DNA of 41,698 nucleotides from NCBI GenBank assembly GCA_022767895.1, contig JALENH010000216.1:1-41698 (forward strand), given 5' to 3'. Positions 37,075 through 41,698 of the stretch are shown here, piece after piece (the first letter of the stretch is position 1; each line of letters starts with the position of its first letter). The position numbers and the translations under genes are program-made. This stretch comes from Eubacterium sp. GTDB taxonomy: Bacteria; Bacillota; Clostridia; Lachnospirales; Lachnospiraceae. The notes below the pieces were generated by a model, which ran no database searches, was not told the DNA's origin, and saw nothing but the letters and a program-made list of their open reading frames with translations.

Positions 37075-37987
37075 CGGTTGTCTCCTTAATTACATACTGA
37101 GGCGCTTCATTAATACTTATATACACACGCCCCAAATACTCACCAATCATACCTAATGTAAAAAGAATTACACCACCCACCAAAAGCAAAATGGATACCA
37201 TCGAACTCCAGCCCATCGGAACAAGCGGATTTGTCAGTTTATTAACAAAAACATAAATAAGAAAAACAAATCCACAAAAGGCAAACAACATACCAAGCAT
37301 GGAAGCAATCCGTAACGGTTTTACGGAAAATGCCGTAAAGCCATTCATCCACAGCCCGAACAGTTTCTTCAATGAATATCCGGAGTTTCCCTCTTGACGT
37401 TCTCTGTGTTTAACAGAAACCGTACCGATGTTGCGTGTCGTGCGCAATACTAAACCGAGTACATACGTAAATGCATTATTATAATTGCATATCTCGTCAA
37501 CGACAAAACGTCTCATGGCAAAATAGCTTGTCACACTTAGCCCTTTTGGTTTACCAACTAGCTTTTCGCACATAAAATCGTTGACCTTACTTCCCAAGTT
37601 ACGAAATGCGCTGTGCATTTTGTTATCATATGTGCCATAGACAACATCATAACCTTCTTCCAATTTGTCAACAAGGGAAAACAGTTCATCTGCCGGTGTC
37701 TGTCCATCATCATCCATGGAAATAACAATATCACCTGTCGTCTCACGATAACCCGCCATCAACGCCGCATGTTGTCCGAAATTTTTTGCCAAATTAATTC
37801 CGGTAACGATTTCATTTTCCTTTGCCAGTTTAACTATCTTTTGCCAAACACCATCCGGCGAACAATCATTGACAAGAACGATTTCATAATCGCCTTCTCT
37901 CGTTGCAATTGTCTCTTTAATCTCTTCTACTACATTTTCAATTGTATTTTCCGATCCATAGCACGGTATCACAATAGATAGTTTCAT
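37061..37987 (-). CDS. GT2 undecaprenyl-phosphate amino-sugar transferase, ArnC-like
   Basis: VIPCYGSE, VNDCSPD, KNFGQHAALMAG, DDDGQTP, two C-terminal TMs, GEYLGR. Confidence 0.88.
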   Translation of the reverse strand: MKLSIVIPCYGSENTIENVVEEIKETIATREGDYEIVLVNDCSPDGVWQKIVKLAKENEIVTGINLAKNFGQHAALMAGYRETTGDIVISMDDDGQTPADELFSLVDKLEEGYDVVYGTYDNKMHSAFRNLGSKVNDFMCEKLVGKPKGLSVTSYFAMRRFVVDEICNYNNAFTYVLGLVLRTTRNIGTVSVKHRERQEGNSGYSLKKLFGLWMNGFTAFSVKPLRIASMLGMLFAFCGFVFLIYVFVNKLTNPLVPMGWSSMVSILLLVGGVILFTLGMIGEYLGRVYISINEAPQYVIKETTDEEK

Positions 37988-38904
37988 TACTTATCCCTCT
38001 TATCAATATGAATATTATAAATCGAATAAAATGGTTTTAGGCCTAATGAATTCCAAACGCCCTGTACGATGAAATTATCAAACTGCGTACTCGTGATAAA
38101 GCTCTTTCCTCTCTCATACGCCGAATTGACAATATAAGAAATCATCGCTTTATACGCACCATACTGGCGATACTCCTCCGAAACAGCAGACAAAACTCCC
38201 TCCAACGCAAAATCATCCTCAGCGACCGTCACAAAACCGATTGGTATTCCATTATACTCTGCTACTACAACCAAATCCTGTGAGTTTTCCAATAAACTAT
38301 TGCGAATCCAGTTTTCATATATTTTACCTGCTTTGTTTTCTGTGACATGGGAAATATGATACTGCCCCTGATACGTTTCAAAAGAACGATACGTCATTGA
38401 TAACATTAAATCTTTGTGTTTTTCCACATATTGTGTATTTGCCCAAAACACTTTCACGCCTTGCTTTATGTTGTCCGGCACTTCCTTATTCGCTATATAT
38501 TGTTCCACCGTACCACCACAGAAAATGCCTCTTTCCGGTAGCTTATTATAGGCTTTCAGTAAATCAACAATATGAGTAGGAATACGCAAGTTATAATATC
38601 CCTTTCTCTCTTCTATTTCAATCAACAAATGCTGCATCATAGCTTCCATCATTGTTTCCTGTTTTTCCTGATGAAGCGTATCAACATTAGCAAAATAGAA
38701 TCTTACTGAATAGTAATTATCCTCATACAAAGACGATAATGGTTCATTTTTTTGTATTTTATATCCACACAAAAAATCGTCTTCCCTTTTTTCATAATCC
38801 AACTCATAATTACCTGCCAAAATCTGTTTTGCCAACTCCGTATAATTACGGGTAATATAACATTTTGCATATTGAAAGTTATTATCAACAAATGAAATTT
38901 TCAT
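37987..38904 (-). CDS. GNAT N-acyltransferase, WecD-like
   Basis: YENWI, IGFVTV, SAVSEEYRQYG (acyl-CoA loop), STQFDN, LGLK; context next to WecE. Confidence 0.65.
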   Translation of the reverse strand: MKISFVDNNFQYAKCYITRNYTELAKQILAGNYELDYEKREDDFLCGYKIQKNEPLSSLYEDNYYSVRFYFANVDTLHQEKQETMMEAMMQHLLIEIEERKGYYNLRIPTHIVDLLKAYNKLPERGIFCGGTVEQYIANKEVPDNIKQGVKVFWANTQYVEKHKDLMLSMTYRSFETYQGQYHISHVTENKAGKIYENWIRNSLLENSQDLVVVAEYNGIPIGFVTVAEDDFALEGVLSAVSEEYRQYGAYKAMISYIVNSAYERGKSFITSTQFDNFIVQGVWNSLGLKPFYSIYNIHIDKRDK

Positions 38905-38912
38905 GATTCTCC

Positions 38913-39329
38913 CTACTTTTCTATATATATTTTAGCCTCTCCGTCCACTAACTTATTGTCCATGGCATCACGGCAAATCGTCCTTAACATCACACGATGT
39001 TTCTCCTTATCAATTTTCGTCACTTCCACTTTAATAAAGAATTTCTGATTATAATATATTGGTTTACAAAAGTTTAATGTCTGGCTCATATAAATGGAGC
39101 CCGGACCTGGAAATTTATTTCCTATAATTCCAGATATATAACTGCCTACCAACATACCATGCACAATTCGCTGTCCAAATCTTGAATGTTCAGCAAACTC
39201 CTTGTCCAGATGAATAGAATTGAAATCTTGGGAAATTTCTGCGAATTCCTTTCCCATTTCTTCTGTGACAACATATTCTTCTTCATGGAACTGCCCAACT
39301 GACAAATCCGAAATCTTACATTCGTTCAA
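38913..39329 (-). CDS. MaoC-family (R)-specific enoyl-CoA hydratase
   Basis: FAEISQDFNSIHLD, RIVHGML, FPGPGSIYMSQTLNF; TTG 39329 after GAGGAG preferred over GTG 39353. Confidence 0.88.
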   Translation of the reverse strand: MNECKISDLSVGQFHEEEYVVTEEMGKEFAEISQDFNSIHLDKEFAEHSRFGQRIVHGMLVGSYISGIIGNKFPGPGSIYMSQTLNFCKPIYYNQKFFIKVEVTKIDKEKHRVMLRTICRDAMDNKLVDGEAKIYIEK

Positions 39330-39355
39330 AGCAGAATCTCCTCTCTTCTTCACTC

Positions 39356-40480
39356 CTAATAAAATTCTTTTACACAGTCAACTATATAATCGACCTGCTC
39401 CTCTTGCAATTCATAATACATCGGTAAACGAACCAAACGTTCACTCTCTTTTGTCGTATATTTATCCTCACCGGCAAATCGGCCGTATTTTTGTCCGGCA
39501 GGAGCAGAATGCAACGGGATGTAATGAAATACTGCCATAACACCTTTTTGTTTTAAGAAGTCAATCAATGCCGTTCGCTCTTCCAAATCTTCCGCCTTTA
39601 TATAAAACATGTGGGCATTGTGTACACATTCATCCGGAACAACCGGCAGCTCAATCTTCCCGTTTTCTGCTAACGGCTGCAAACCATCATAATATTGTTG
39701 CCACAATGCTCTTCTCTTATCATTAATTTCATCTGCTTTTTCCAATTGTGCCCAAAGATATGCTGCATTCATGTCACTTGGCAAATAAGAACTGCCATAA
39801 TTAACCCAACGATATTTATCAACCTGTCCACGGAAGAACTTGGCACGGTCTGTTCCTTTCTCACGAATAATCTCGGCTTCCTCAACATATTTCTCATCCC
39901 GCAGGAGCAAAGCACCACCTTCGCCCATGGAATAGTTTTTTGTCTCGTGAAAACTAAAACAGCCAAAATCACCGATTGTCCCAAGCGCTTTCCCTTTATA
40001 TGTCGACATAACCCCCTGTGCCGCATCTTCAACAACAGCAAGATGATGGCGATGAGCAATATCCATAATCGTGTCCATCTCGCAGCTAACCCCAGCATAA
40101 TGTACTGGTACAATAGCCTTTGTTTTGTCAGTAATCGCCTGTTCAATCAAAGTTTCATCAATATTCATCGTGTCCGGACGAATATCCACAAATACCGCTG
40201 TTGCTCCCCGAAGGACAAAAGCGTCTGCTGTTGATACAAAGGTATAAGACGGCATAATCACCTCATCTCCTGGTTTTATATCCAGCAAAAGAGCCGCCAT
40301 CTCCGTTGCATGTGTACAGGATGTTGTAAGCAAAGCCTTTTTTGCATGGAACTGTTCTTCCATCCAGAAATTGCATTTTTGGGTAAATGCACCATCTCCG
40401 CATATTTTATGATTATCCATTGCCTCTTTCATATATGTCAGTTCATTCCCCACTGACGGTGGCACATTAAAATTAATCAT
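39356..40480 (-). CDS. wecE: dTDP-4-amino-4,6-dideoxygalactose transaminase
   Basis: LLTTSCTHATEMAA, PSYTFVSTA, VHYAG, EDAAQG, FSFHETKNYSMGEGG, REKGTDR, VFHYIPLH; ATG 40480 follows GAGGA. Confidence 0.93.
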   Translation of the reverse strand: MINFNVPPSVGNELTYMKEAMDNHKICGDGAFTQKCNFWMEEQFHAKKALLTTSCTHATEMAALLLDIKPGDEVIMPSYTFVSTADAFVLRGATAVFVDIRPDTMNIDETLIEQAITDKTKAIVPVHYAGVSCEMDTIMDIAHRHHLAVVEDAAQGVMSTYKGKALGTIGDFGCFSFHETKNYSMGEGGALLLRDEKYVEEAEIIREKGTDRAKFFRGQVDKYRWVNYGSSYLPSDMNAAYLWAQLEKADEINDKRRALWQQYYDGLQPLAENGKIELPVVPDECVHNAHMFYIKAEDLEERTALIDFLKQKGVMAVFHYIPLHSAPAGQKYGRFAGEDKYTTKESERLVRLPMYYELQEEQVDYIVDCVKEFY

Positions 40481-40605
40481 TCCTCTGCCCTTCTTTCCAG
40501 AAATCACTTTCTAACACATCTTTGGCCATTATAATTTGACTCTAGCCCTAATAATGATATCACAACTAAAATATATTGACAAGAAAAAAGAATTTATCGT
40601 TTTCG

Positions 40606-40633
40606 TTGACATATTTTTCATTTATGATACCAT
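40606..40633 (+). promoter_or_regulatory. Promoter for the carboxyltransferase gene
   Basis: TTGACA 40606-40611, 16 nt, TGaTACCAT (40628-40633). Confidence 0.55.
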
Positions 40634-40681
40634 TAGAAGAAATAAATACATTGCAATAACAAAGAATGGAGAAATGAAAAG

Positions 40682-41698
40682 ATGTCTATCTACAATATGG
40701 AAAAGCAACACAAATTAGGCAAGCTTCACGCACTGGAGCGGATTTGTATGCTGTTGGACGAGGACTCTTTCCGGGAAATCGGTTCCAACATTACCAATCT
40801 GGAGGATGCCTTCAACATTAAGAAAGGTCAATTTCCTTATGACGGTGTCATCACCGGATACGGAACCATCGGTGGTCAGAAGGTAGTGATTTACTCCGAA
40901 GACTTTACTGTTATCGGTGGTACTCTTGGGAAACAGCATGGTTTCAAAATAGCCAACGCCATCAAAATGGCCATAGAAAGCCGCTGTCCGGTCATCGGAA
41001 TCAATGATTCCGGTGGAGCACGAATTCAAGAAGGTGTTAACGCCCTTGCCGGTTATGGCGAAATCTTCTATTATAATACAATGGCATCCGGTTACATTCC
41101 TCAGATTTCCATTATAGCCGGAAATTGTGCCGGCGGTGCCGTCTACTCACCGGGTATTACCGATTTCATTTTTGTTATCGACGACATCAGTCAGATGTTC
41201 GTAACCGGCCCGAAGGTCATCAAGAGTGTAACCAATGAAGATATCACTGCCAATGCTCTGGGGGGTGCCAGTGTACATGCTACCCGAAGCGGTGTCGCTC
41301 ACTTCCATATGCCAAACGAAAAAGAATGTTTCAAAAAGGTGAAGGAACTGATTTCCATTATTCCGCCTTGCTACGAAGAGGGATACCTCCACACAAACAC
41401 GGTGGCATTGCCAAAATATAACGAAGGCGTAGAGTTTAATGAAGATTTAACAAACATAATCCCTGAGAAAAGTAACCAGAGTTATGATATCCACGATGTA
41501 ATCAACGGCATTGTGGATCCCGGTTCATTCTTAGAAGTTCAGGAAGAATTTGCCAAAAACGTGGTTGTTGGTTTTGGACGAATCAAGGGAGTTGCTATTG
41601 GTATCATTGCCGATCAGCCAAAATTTATGGCAGGCGTACTGGATTGTGATTCCTCCGATAAAGCAGCAAGATTTATCCGATATTGCGACGCTTTTAAC
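40682..41698 (+). CDS. Acyl-CoA carboxyltransferase subunit (propionyl-CoA carboxylase beta / methylmalonyl-CoA decarboxylase alpha family), 3'-truncated by the window edge
   Basis: Absent from the ORF track (no stop in window). Manual translation: MSIYNMEKQHKLGKLHALERI..DGVITGYGTI..DFTVIGGTLG..DSGGARIQEG..CAGGAVYSP. Confidence 0.9.
   Translation, partial: MSIYNMEKQHKLGKLHALERICMLLDEDSFREIGSNITNLEDAFNIKKGQFPYDGVITGYGTIGGQKVVIYSEDFTVIGGTLGKQHGFKIANAIKMAIESRCPVIGINDSGGARIQEGVNALAGYGEIFYYNTMASGYIPQISIIAGNCAGGAVYSPGITDFIFVIDDISQMFVTGPKVIKSVTNEDITANALGGASVHATRSGVAHFHMPNEKECFKKVKELISIIPPCYEEGYLHTNTVALPKYNEGVEFNEDLTNIIPEKSNQSYDIHDVINGIVDPGSFLEVQEEFAKNVVVGFGRIKGVAIGIIADQPKFMAGVLDCDSSDKAARFIRYCDAFN

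Noticed and set aside
574-41392. Many 60-200 aa antisense or out-of-frame ORFs (e.g. 1509-2075, 12206-12790, 33187-33780, 35902-36501, 39695-40234, 40715-41029)
   Set aside because: They shadow confident genes and have no motifs
1-41698. Mobile elements, invertible promoters, tRNA/rRNA
   Set aside because: No transposase, recombinase or phage genes, long paired inverted repeats or structural RNA signatures were recognised by eye

Overview
Chromosomal segment of a low-GC Gram-positive anaerobe (Clostridia, Lachnospiraceae-like by gene content and style; taxonomy inferred, not proven). Housekeeping typA/bipA and a DUF2156 gene lie at the left and a partial acyl-CoA carboxyltransferase at the right. 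Between them is a ~37 kb cell-wall glycopolymer (teichoic-acid-like) locus: TagD, TarI/TarJ, four CDP-polyol phosphotransferase domains, GgaA/GgaB-like GT2s, a Wzm/Wzt ABC exporter, an LCP ligase, a WaaL/Wzy-like protein, five polyprenol-phosphate GT2s, GtrA and SMR flippases, three GT-C-like membrane proteins, an AT3 acyltransferase and a WecE/MaoC/GNAT amino-sugar module. The most unusual items are (i) a kdsB-aldolase-kdsC module without kdsA, coupled to a TagF-type protein fused to a Maf/GT42-like domain, and (ii) a non-coding, ~62-63 nt periodic degenerate repeat array upstream of typA. No rRNA, tRNA, transposase, integrase or canonical CRISPR array was seen. All family calls are from motif recognition by eye; no searches were run.
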